A stretch of DNA of 64,000 nt, from assembly GCF_000181795.1 (NCBI RefSeq), contig NW_003526941.1, positions 4,367,218 to 4,431,217 of the forward strand, in the 5' to 3' direction. A model generated the notes under the pieces. The model had not been told where the DNA came from. It saw nothing but the letters and a program-made list of their open reading frames with translations, and ran no database searches. Position numbers and translations under genes: made by a program. This DNA comes from Trichinella spiralis. Lineage: Eukaryota. Shown in pieces: positions 1-10,215 of the stretch (the first letter of the stretch is position 1; the number at the start of each line of letters is the position of its first letter).

Positions 1-730
1 AAAGAAATTTATAAAAAACAGAAAAAATGTAATTGAAGACGAATTACAGTGCATTATAATTTCTGAATTCAATTTCTGTTTTATTTTTTTGTTTTATTTA
101 ATCCTTTTTCAGTTTCATGTCGATATTTCATGTCACAGTGAAAGTCAAGTGTCTCAACTGTTCCCCTTCTGATTTTCCTCATCGTAAGAGTAAGAATAAA
201 TAAGATATTGTATATCGCATAAATGGATCACGTCAAACCAATCGAAGAGGTTTGGATTCAAAATACATTATGCCATCCGACAGTTACCACCAGTTGCCAT
301 CAGCGTTCAAAAAGCTTATGACAAATATCAGTAAGTATTGAGTTTGTTTAGTTTGATAACAAGAACAAGAAAATAAGTATTTGAACAAGTAACAGATTAC
401 GTCATCTCAATCGAACTGTTTTGGCGTTCCGTTCTCTCTGGCTACCGTGGTATGTCAAGTTTACATCAATGCGTTCAAAATGTGGCATCACAAAAATATG
501 TAAGTCCATGATAACAATGGATCGCACGTTTCTACTCCGTGTTAGTTGAAGTGCGCGTAATCGCATTCCTCAGTGGCCCCATTGTACTTGCCAGTGCAGT
601 AAATTAGCATAAAGGCATTTCCTACTGGTTCCAATGTGTCACAAAGGATAATCACATTGGTAGTAAAAGCTTACGTCAACGTCGCAGATCACATTTCTGA
701 TGCCGTTGCGTTGGTTGAATCTGGAACTTT
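1..730. repeat. Left arm of a long diverged inverted repeat (partner ~2320-3092); probably continues beyond the window start
   Basis: Colinear blocks match the reverse complement of 2320-3092. gtaattgaagacgaattacagtgcat (29-54) matches rc of ~3035-3060. caatcgaagagg (~239-250) matches rc of ~2919-2930. atcagtaagtattga (~327-341) matches rc of ~2829-2843. ctaccgtgg (~442) matches rc of ~2758-2766. tgcgttcaaaatgtggca (~470-487) matches rc of ~2697-2714. Confidence 0.85.
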
Positions 731-954
731 GATAATGATTTCATTGCAATTCCGTACGTACATTTTACTTTATACTGTGTAAATAAACTGAAATAAGTTT
801 TTTAATTTATTTTTTAGCATTTGCGATTCACACTGCTTTTCACGGCTTTTTCAAAGAGTTCCAATCCTTGACGTACCAAGATTCTTCAGGTATTTAAGGT
901 ATGTCTAACTTTTAAGAACGGAATGTGAAATGCAACTGCCTTCTACGTGCTAAG

Positions 955-1320
955 AACAGGTAAGTAAGAACAGGTGAAGGAACAGGTATGGTAGAGAAGA
1001 CAAGTGGCGAACAGGTAAGCATGCTACTTAATGGGTCACTCAGACAAGAATGCAAATTTTAATTTGATTTTTAAAATGATTTTTATTAATTTGGTTTTTA
1101 AAATGATTTGTGATGCCTTGTTTAGGCTACAATTTTAGATCCAGATTCAGAGATTCAGTTACAAGTGAGTACTTGGATAGGGCGCAAGAATACAGGTAAG
1201 TAATTCATAATTGAGGTAAGTAAAAAGTAAGGCAAAGTAAGTAAAAGTAAAAGGTAAGTCAGGTAAGTAGTGTACAGCGAGAAGGTAAGTAAAATTCTAA
1301 AGGAAAGACTGTAAGTAAAA
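955..1320 (+). repeat. Cluster of 5' splice-site consensus-like motifs (CAG/AAG-GTAAGT) pointing toward the central array
   Basis: About a dozen GGTAAG/GTAAGT/CAGGTR motifs, e.g. caggtaagt at ~957, ~1193 and ~1260; caggtaagc at ~1012; gaggtaagt at ~1213; aaggtaagt at ~1251 and ~1282. Confidence 0.8.
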
Positions 1321-1350
1321 GGAATAAAAAGGAATAAAAAGAATATTTAA

Positions 1351-1920
1351 TATGCAAATTTTTAATCGCCTGGGGGTAATATGCAAATTTTTATTGCCCT
1401 CAGGCTATGCCCAGGGCTATGCTTCAGGCAAAATTTCGAAAATTTCGAAATTTTTAAAATATAGCCCGAGGCTTTGCCCTCGGGCTACGCCCCAGGGCAA
1501 ATAAAAATTTGCATATTCCCTCAGGCTATGCCCCAGGCAATTTATAGCACAATATTTGACCTAAGGGGGGTTTTATGCAAATTTTTAATCGCCTGGGGGT
1601 AATATGCAAATTTTAAATGCCCTCAGGCTACGCCCGGGGCTATGCCTCAGGCAATNNNNNNNNNNNNNNNNNNNNNNNNNNNNNNNNNNNNNNNNNNNNN
1701 NNNNNNNNNNNNNNNNNNNNNNNNNNNNNNNNNNNNNNNNNNNNNNNNNNNNNNNNNNNNNNNNATATGCAAATTTTTATTTGCCCTCAGGCTACGCCCG
1801 GGGCTATGCCTCAGGCAATTTTTCGAAATTTTCGAAATTTTTAGAAATTTAGCCCCAGGCTATGCCTCAGGGCAAATAAAAATTTGCATATTACCTTTAG
1901 GCGATTAAAAATTTGCATAA
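1351..1920. repeat. Tandem array of ~225-bp self-palindromic (MITE/foldback-like) units, interrupted by an assembly gap
   Basis: Units start tatgcaaatttttaatcgcctgggggtaatatgcaaattt at 1351 and 1575. The array ends with the near reverse complement, gggcaaataaaaatttgcatattacctttaggcgattaaaaatttgcata (~1870-1919). The interior has ~12-bp periodic GCCNNNGGC motifs and TTTCGAAA repeats. Confidence 0.9.
1656..1764. other. Assembly gap (N run) inside the repeat array
   Basis: Run of n characters; the true copy number of the array is unknown. Confidence 1.
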
Positions 1921-2018
1921 ATCCTCTTGGGGCAATTATTTTTTCCTGTGCATTTATTATTCATTGTCATTTCTTAATTGCCCTTTGCAATTCCGTATTT
2001 ATAGGCACCCTACCCACT

Positions 2019-2306
2019 TCTGCAATTCCACACTTACCTGAACTCTACCCTACCCACCTCTGCAATTCCACACTTACCTGTATTCCACTTACCTTTGAAA
2101 TTCCATACTTACCTGAACTCTACCCTATCCACCTCTGCAATTCCACACTTACCTGTATTCCACTTACCTCTGAAATTCCATACTTACCTGTACTCCACTT
2201 ACCTCCATTCCCACTTCAGTGTCCGTCTGAATGAAAATTCCATCCAGACGGTAACTTTTAACAGTGCATTTCCGTCTGAAAATTCAAACTTACCTGCATT
2301 ACCTGA
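2019..2306 (-). repeat. Minisatellite (40+35 bp subunits, 75-bp period) carrying ACTTACCTG motifs (CAGGTAAGT on the minus strand)
   Basis: tctgcaattccacacttacctg-type units at 2019, 2059, 2094, 2134 and 2169. ACTTACC occurs at ~2032, 2072, 2087, 2107, 2147, 2162, 2182, 2197 and 2288. Confidence 0.9.
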
Positions 2307-2319
2307 GCAAGTTTTTCAC

Positions 2320-3092
2320 AGGCACGACAATGATTCGGCAACTCTCTGATTGATCTGCTGACGTAATTTATTGCTATCAGAAACGAATGCTTTTCTGTTA
2401 TGCGTTTGGAACGCACTGATGCCAATTCAGCAGACCCCAATGGCGTTTCCGATAGAATGTGCATAGCGATTCCATACCTGTTCTGGTGTTTTCATGTTAT
2501 TTATTGCTATCGAAAACAATGAAAATTGTTCCTTACTCTTTGTGTCAAAGAGAATCTTTGGGACCACTCGAACATTTGAACCAACTTGAATTAACATGGA
2601 GCAGCAGAACTTCATATTTTTTCATTGAATTTATTGATATTTGATGAGGATGACGTCATTTATGCTAGTATGAACAAAATGTGCATTTCATTGCGTTGCC
2701 ACATTTGGAACGCACCTGTGTTATGTGCACAACCATACAAAATGTGCAGTTGATCTGCCACGGTAGTCAGAGTGTTGGGAATTTTCAGTTGTGTGGCCGT
2801 AATCCATTACAATCAAGAACAAATTCAATCAATACTTACTGATGGTTGTCATACCACTTTTGATCATCTGGACAGTAACATCAGCTACCATGGCGGCAGA
2901 ATGCACTGCGATTCCAATCCTCTTCGATTGTTTGGACGTAATCTATTAATATGATGAATATCAAATAACTCTTGCGATGTGCAAAACCTCAATAAAAGAA
3001 AACAGATTAAAAAATGAATAATATTCAAAAATTGATGCACTGTTATTCGTCTTCAATTACTTTTTATAATATGGCTGTTTCTTATAAGTTTC
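2320..3092. repeat. Right arm of the long diverged inverted repeat (partner 1-730)
   Basis: Same colinear reverse-complement blocks as the left arm; no credible ORF on either strand. Confidence 0.85.
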
Positions 3093-3439
3093 ATCACATT
3101 TCCTATTTTGAGTTCATATAAATTATACATAACGTTGCAAATACAGGTGACATTACTGCGTTACTTACTCACTTGTTAGGTATAAATAAATAAACGTCAG
3201 CAGGAAGATGAAATTTGATGTTCCCTAAAACGTATTATAGTATTACATAAATTAATAAATAACAAGTATCTTCTAAATACTAGAAAGGGTATCTATGTAC
3301 TCGCATGTTATTCACTTTCATATATCTAGAATCGTCAAATATGCATTAACGCAAATAAATAAAACATGCATGTGTAAGAAAGTTTGCAATAATATTGCTA
3401 ATGCCATTCATTAGTAATGTATAGAGTCCATACGATATC

Positions 3440-4625
3440 TTTAAAGTCATGCATAGAGCATGCATAAAAATAACAATATCAAATATATCTTACCGCTTAT
3501 TCTCAAACAGTATTAAAGAAGGGAATTATAATTGACCACGTGCCTGGTGCCCTGCAATGAACTGAGTAACTAATAAACATAGAAGGTGTGCAATAATACC
3601 TTATACAACAACAACAAAGCAGCCACTGTGCCTCTGATGGAACAACCTAAATTTCCAGAAATAGATTAGTGAAATGACTATAATTAACAATTTTATCTAA
3701 TGGCGAAACGTATTACGTTTTTATTTACACGTCTCTTAGTGTAAAATTTCATTAGTATGCAAATTTTCTAAAACTATTCTATTCTATTTTCTAAAACTTA
3801 AAAATAAACATTACTGAGAATAAGCGTTTCAAAATTATTACGATGCAGTGTCAATACGTCTTCTGTTGCTTTTCATAATGCCTGTCCATATGTGATCATA
3901 TTCGTACAGGTGGTAAACACAGTGTTGAATAGAGTGGCTTGATTTGAAATGTAAATGAAAAGCATCACAAGAACTGTGAACTGAAAAATTAAATTTCAAT
4001 ATTAAATGTCAAATTTCATAACTATTGAAATGTTCACTTGATTTTGACATTTTGAAATGAGTTGCACACTGAAATTCAATTGTATTAATTCAATCATCTC
4101 AAAATAAAAAATAGAAAATGCGTACTTGCTTGTATTCAGCATCTGATAAATATCTGAAAGATAACAATAATAATATTAATGGAGATACCCATCAGTTGGC
4201 ATTCACAATATTTGTAAGGTCATGCTAATAACATGCATAGAATACCTCTGCTACAATATCAAACATATCTTACCACTTATTCGCAAAACAAATAGTACTG
4301 ATGAGCAGAATTATAGTCGAGCACCTGTCAAATGCCATGAAAATGAACTGAATAATTAAATATGAACAAAGTACTATAAAATGGCTTATAACAATATGTA
4401 AATTATGCAAATATCAAAGCACTCGCCTCGAGTGGAACAACCTAATCTGCAATAGCGCAGTGCAATGAACATCATGAACAACGTTATTAAATTAGACAAT
4501 GAAATTTATTATTACGTTTCTATTTACACACTTCATATTACTACGTAACAGAACATTATTATGCAAATTTATTTTACTGAAATTAGCTGTAACGAAAATT
4601 TGATCTGAAGCATTGAAAATTACTA
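3440..4625. repeat. Diverged direct duplication (~3440-3830 vs ~4215-4625)
   Basis: Shared colinear blocks: acaatatcaaaYatatcttaccRcttattc, aatgaactgaRtaa, tggaacaacctaa, tattacgtttYtatttacac and tatgcaaattt. Confidence 0.8.
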
Positions 4626-7600
4626 AAAATAACCAGAAATACAATTGTTGTGTTGATTGAATTGAGCTGCTTGAAAGTAGGAGATGATGCAATAAAATAT
4701 GCATTGCACAAATGCTTTTCTTGTAATCGAAGATGAACTGGCAAAAGAACTTCGACTGCTTCGACAGAATGTGCTTTATCCCCAGAGTTAAAAAGGAAAA
4801 GATGTATGGCTAGAGCATTGAAAATGGTGGTAGGAGGGAAGAGATCAGGTATGCGTCATGTGCAATTTGACCTGTTTTGTCAATTGATTTGAAGGATTTA
4901 CATGAAGAAATAATTCTGAGAGTTCCCTCTTCAAGAATCCTGGGAGCACATGATCAGCTAGAACAATATCCGTGCCTGCTTTGATAGGCACGGAACTGTC
5001 TTCACTGTCTAAATGTGATCATGAAGGAAGGGGGAGTTAACTTTTACTAAAAGTAAGCTAAAAAATGTAATACATTTTCAGATATATAATTAATTTGTAC
5101 TGCACTTATTGTAAACATCTTATTATAGACGTTACCCTGAAAATTGTGATGATAATTATAAAAAGAAGCAAACAGTTTGCAATGTACAAAAGATGGACTC
5201 ATTTTCAATACCAATCAATTAATTGTTGTTGTAATGGTTGAAAACAATTACAGTAAATACAATTACAAGTATTTAACCTTCAGAACAAACAGAAGAATAA
5301 ATTCACAAACTGAACAATTATATAAACTATAATTATACAACTATATAACAGTCATCGGTCACATAACATAACATGCTGCAAGTAATTTAAAAGATGAGAT
5401 GTTGCTATCTTTTCTTAAAATGAACTGACATACGCAAAGAAACTGTTAGCAGAATTTGTTGGCTGTCAAGATGTTTAGAAAAGACGAACGAACAAACTTG
5501 CCCCCACAGGTTCTAATAATGCATTTCTAGAGATACTGTTGATCAATAATAATAATAATGCAAAATCAGATACATTAAGGTTTCATTTTTTCAGAAGAAC
5601 AAGAACGCTCATCTAAAAATAATTGTTCGTAATTTTTTTATGTATTACAGAAACCTTTCATATTGAAATTTTTATTTAAGCAATTTCCTTTTTTTCTGTT
5701 CCAAATTAAGCGGTTCAAGTTGATATGCTTTAATTAAAAAGTTGTTACAACATCATTTCTCTTCTTCCAATAAAAATTACATTTGCTAGCAAGAAAAATG
5801 ATTTAATAATTCGTTGCAGTTTTGAAAATGTCTACTATTTGTAAGAAGGAAGCAAAGTTCCAGAAAATGAACTTTTAAAATCCATTACTAATAGCTAATT
5901 AATAAATTTACATATTGTTTCTCTGCAAACAATTTAGCGCGTCTTAAAATTTGCATTTATTTGCATAAAATTTCCAACATCAAATTACACTTTACCACAC
6001 TACTATGCAAATTTTCTCCAACCCTCGCACACATAAGCCAATTTCATTATACTTACTAATAATTAAATAAGAAAGTGAATTTGATATTAATGAATTTAAA
6101 AGTGTTAACTTACATAACTTTTCACATATTACATGCATATTGCTTAAATGGAAGCAGAATGACACCTTCGATTGATTTCACTACTTAATTACAGTAGAAT
6201 AACTTGATTTACTTATATGAAAAATCAAAGAAAGCGTGACCAAATAATAGTAATTTTTGACAAATATTTGTTAAATTATTAAGTACTAATAATAATAACA
6301 ATAATAATTTAATGTAGCTTTTGCATAGCACGATCACATAACTTGCGGAACAACAAAAATCAGGCATTTTTACATCAGCCTTAACAATCGTCAGATTTTC
6401 TTGGTTAACCCTCTAATGTAACGATAAGTAGTTTTACGCAGCGCACATTTACAATGACAAATATGTAATTTTAGCTCAGAGCGCTGATCAAACATGCGTT
6501 ATGCCAAGACAGGAGATCTACAGAAGAACAGACATACATTCGCCTGAAGCATTCGGTTAGCACAAAACTATCAGGGTCTCTAGTTTTAAAGTCCGCCGTC
6601 ATTGAAAATTATCATGATGAGAATTATGGACATCGATGAAGAACGTATGTATCTCTAGCCGATAACGGTAGTAAGAATCATAGAATTTATCGTAGAAGCA
6701 ATTCAACTGAAAACAGGTAGAAGAATGTTCAACAGATCTCTATTAACAGATCTACATCTATCGCGATCTATATTCTATTTGGAACATTCTTTCAAAGCAC
6801 AGTGATGGACAACATTTATGAGGAAAGGAAGGGGAAAGAAAAGAGGGAGACGCCAAGCAACCTTAACACGCTTAATGGTAATATCGTAATATGGGCTCAT
6901 TTTCACGGATGACGCCAACAACAGTCAGCTCTATTCCACTTCAAAGGATCGAGGGTGAAAATGTTTGTGACTGAAAAGCTCAGTAAAGCAGATACAGTCG
7001 CTGTACGATGCGATCTGTGTCGAGCATTAGCTAATAGGGCAGCAGCATCCAGTAGGGCAATCGACATTTCGATCAGCGAAATGTTGCGTCAGCATTATTT
7101 GTATTAGTAAAAACATTATATACAATTTGGGCGTAGTTCCAGTTCTCGCATTATCAATGATTCAAAAATTGGCATAAAATTCACGAAATAAAGAATTTGG
7201 AATGGATCCTACAGTACAACAACAAATGTAATGCAGGTAGCAATAAATAAAGTTAAAATTTTCTCTTTGGCGATATTCAAAAATGAGAAACCTATTATAC
7301 AATCAGAAGTGCGCTATAATTATCACTTTTTCACTATACTGAACATATAAATTATTAGTGGAGATTTGACTCTAACAAAATGGCGCTTGTTTGTTGAACA
7401 GATGAAAAACGTTTTAGTTTCATTTCACAAAAGTAAAAAATTAACCTGCTACGAGAAGTGGAAAAAGTAGCCATGTTCAATGTACAGTACGTGAAGAAAA
7501 TACGAAAGAAAACTAAAGACGAAACAGCAAATATGCAAAAATACATACCTGACAGCAAGCATGTTGTGATGAAGTGTGGTGCATACGCAGAGCAAAAATG

Positions 7601-8314
7601 TCCACTTGTTCGTGTTTTATAACATTCACAAGGCTGTTTGTTGTTGAATGAAGAAACGAAAATGAGCAACTTACCCAGTGCAGTAGTAGTTAAAGCGTAC
7701 TTCTTCATCAACGAATATGTGTATAATAATCGCCTGTTCATTATAAACAGGGCTTTATATATTTATATAGGAAATCGCCTGCGGATTTGAATGGAACAAA
7801 GTACTTTCATCAGAATGCCATCGGCATAGTTCACCATTAAATTAGCATAAACTTACTTCGCTGACCTGTAAATGTGCATATATTTGTCTAGCGCACTGAG
7901 TGCCTAGTACGGCGCTTGAATAATTAATATTAATGTGCAAATAGATGCCGAGTTTGCAAACATAAATGCACCGATTTATGCGTTTTCGGAACCTTACAAT
8001 GAACAACTATAAAAAGCAGAACTTTCCAAAATTTCAAAAAACTGCAACCAAAAAGCATTTCTGAAAAGTAAAGCAACTGCAACGCAATTGTATTCTGTTA
8101 CATTATTTGTGCAAAGCTGGGTGAAAGTCAGAAAGTTAGAAAACTTTACCAAACAATATTAATTTTACAATGTATGCAAATTTATTTATAAGTGAAATAT
8201 TGCAACCGCCAAAATACAACAGCTACTCAATGAAAATTTAATCCATCCATAAATAATAATGAATAAAACGACTTCAAACTGTTCAGCATTTTTTATACGA
8301 AAAGAAAAAAATTT

Positions 8315-9082
8315 TTACTGCAAACAACTGGATGCATCTTGAACAACAGCGTTCATATTGTTACCTCTTTTGTTAGCTCTTCTTCGACGACGACGAGTTC
8401 TTTTGCCATCACTTCTAGGCACGTTATTCTTCTTCTTCTTCTTAAGACAAGACAGAGGATTCGGAGCTTTGGGTTTTCGACGGATAAAATTTTCGTCTTT
8501 CTTTTCTGAATAAGATTTTGGCAAGAGCTTACTTTTCAACATCGCTACTGTATCTTTAGAAGATTCAAAATTTAATTTGGATTCAATTTCACGATCCGCC
8601 TTTTCTTTGCAAACTTGTGACAAACGATCCAAGTGAATAACTTTTTGCTGCAAGAACAACAACGGACAAGCTGCAACTTTTTCATTCAAATCTGCTCGCA
8701 AATCTTTATCTTGAGTGGCGATGAAATACTTTTTACTATTCTCCTTGCCAACCAATTTCTGCAAACACTTGCTCGCCGAACAAGGCTTCTCTTTTTGCAC
8801 CATGTGTTTGCATTTCAAACATTTGTACTGCTTGGCAATAAGCAACGCACCGTGAAAATGTCCACCCAAAAGTTCCAGCTCTTGCAAAACACACGCAGTT
8901 GTGTAAATTAATACATCTTCTTGAAGATATTTCTGAATCTGTTCACGAATGTTCACCTTGTTTTCCAAAGCTGCCTGACAAAACGTTCCATCTACCACAA
9001 TTCGATATGGTGCAACAAATGAAAAGTTGTGCTTCAAAAATGAAAGCACGCGCTGAGCTTTTTTATACCGACGAATTTTCAT
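8315..9082 (-). CDS. UTP23: rRNA-processing protein UTP23 homolog (PIN-like), single exon
   Basis: MKIRRYKKAQRVLSFLKHNF..PYRIVVDGTFCQAAL, CKH..C zinc motif, YFIATQD, C-terminal KAPNPLSCLKKKKK; ATG at 9082. Confidence 0.93.
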   Translation of the reverse strand: MKIRRYKKAQRVLSFLKHNFSFVAPYRIVVDGTFCQAALENKVNIREQIQKYLQEDVLIYTTACVLQELELLGGHFHGALLIAKQYKCLKCKHMVQKEKPCSASKCLQKLVGKENSKKYFIATQDKDLRADLNEKVAACPLLFLQQKVIHLDRLSQVCKEKADREIESKLNFESSKDTVAMLKSKLLPKSYSEKKDENFIRRKPKAPNPLSCLKKKKKNNVPRSDGKRTRRRRRRANKRGNNMNAVVQDASSCLQ

Positions 9083-9543
9083 CTTTACGGTGTGATCTTG
9101 ACAATTTTGATTTCTAAATTCAGAAGAAAAAAACAACTGATTTTGAAATCTTTGACAAATTACGTAAAGTAATAACTTTTCTTATGCAAGCAATCAGCTC
9201 CAAAAATTCTTTCTCACAAACGCCCTTCCTGATATCCTCAGCATGTTTGGAAACACATCTGCCATAGGCAGCACACTGAAATAAGATCCGTGGACAAAAT
9301 GATATCAACACTCAACCTTATCATAAAGTTCAATTATTATCAATAGTTATAATAAAGTTTCCATTAATCAAATAAACAATTATGATTTAACACAAGGGCA
9401 AATTTTTAAAGAAAATTATTTCAATCATTTGAACGTTGCTGAAGTGCTACAGCCTTAATTATACTCTAGAAAAAAATATTGCTTACTTGATACGAACATG
9501 CAGATAAGTGCTCAGCAAATGATAGAATTCTTCTCTTTTGCAT
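9063..9543 (-). CDS. NDUFAF8: NDUFAF8-like twin CX9C mitochondrial complex I assembly factor
   Basis: Exon 9487-9543 (MQKRRILSFAEHLSACSYQ, GTAAGC donor) joins an exon from 9275 (CAAYGRCVSKHAEDIRKGVCEKEFLELIACIRK). This fits the C..AAYGRCV...C..EF..L..C pattern. The 3' end is either the stop at 9120 or a spliced exon 9113-9063. Confidence 0.8.
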
Positions 9544-10215
9544 TCACCAAGCCGCAATATTTAAGCAAAAACTTGGACAGCATGAAAAAATGCGATCCTA
9601 GAAATACAGTCTGCATACTGTACATGAAAAAATCAAGTAGAATTACTACGCATGTTGAAAAAATACAAAAATTTCATTAATTTCATCTAAAATTTGAAAA
9701 TTGCTACTTATTTAATTTTAAATTAAAAATCACTTGAATAATGCACGCTTTTCAATATTATTTTTTGCACTGAAATTATATATTAGTGTACTACAGTATG
9801 TACTTAGACATTTGGCAAAAATCAACAATTAATAGCTGACATCTAATAATTTGCAAAATGACAATATCTTTTTATATCAAGTAAAATATCTTTATTTGAA
9901 AAATTATTTATTTAAACGTGATTATCTTAGTTCTGCATACTTGCATACTGTAGTCGTTAAGGATACTCCATAATAGGTCCGTTCTTTGAAGCGGAACTTT
10001 CTTCGACCCTGAACAATTGCCTTTAGCCGATGCTGCTTGTTTCAGTGTATTTCATGTAATCAAGCAAAATCAGAAAGTGACCAATGAATCAGTGCGAAGA
10101 TTGTTAACTTTTGTATCTTCAGTTTAAACAGAACAAATTTCTCCACTTCTGAAATTTCAATTATCTACAATAATAAAAACTTTACACACCATACAAATTA
10201 GCCAGAGAAGTCGGA

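Noticed and set aside
1430..1850. TTCGAA repeats as heat-shock elements
   Set aside because: The period is 9 bp and the spacing does not fit the nGAAn pentamer phasing.
2019..2210. U1 snRNA gene or CRISPR-like array
   Set aside because: Only the first ~11 nt of U1 match, with no stem-loops or Sm site. The intervening sequences are repeated rather than unique spacers, and the context is eukaryotic.
1604..2349. ORFs across the repeat core and minisatellite
   Set aside because: They are translations of repeats and the N gap, with no coding signature.
6480..7090. Higher-GC stretch suggestive of a decayed mobile element
   Set aside because: No ORF or recognisable domain motif could be recovered.
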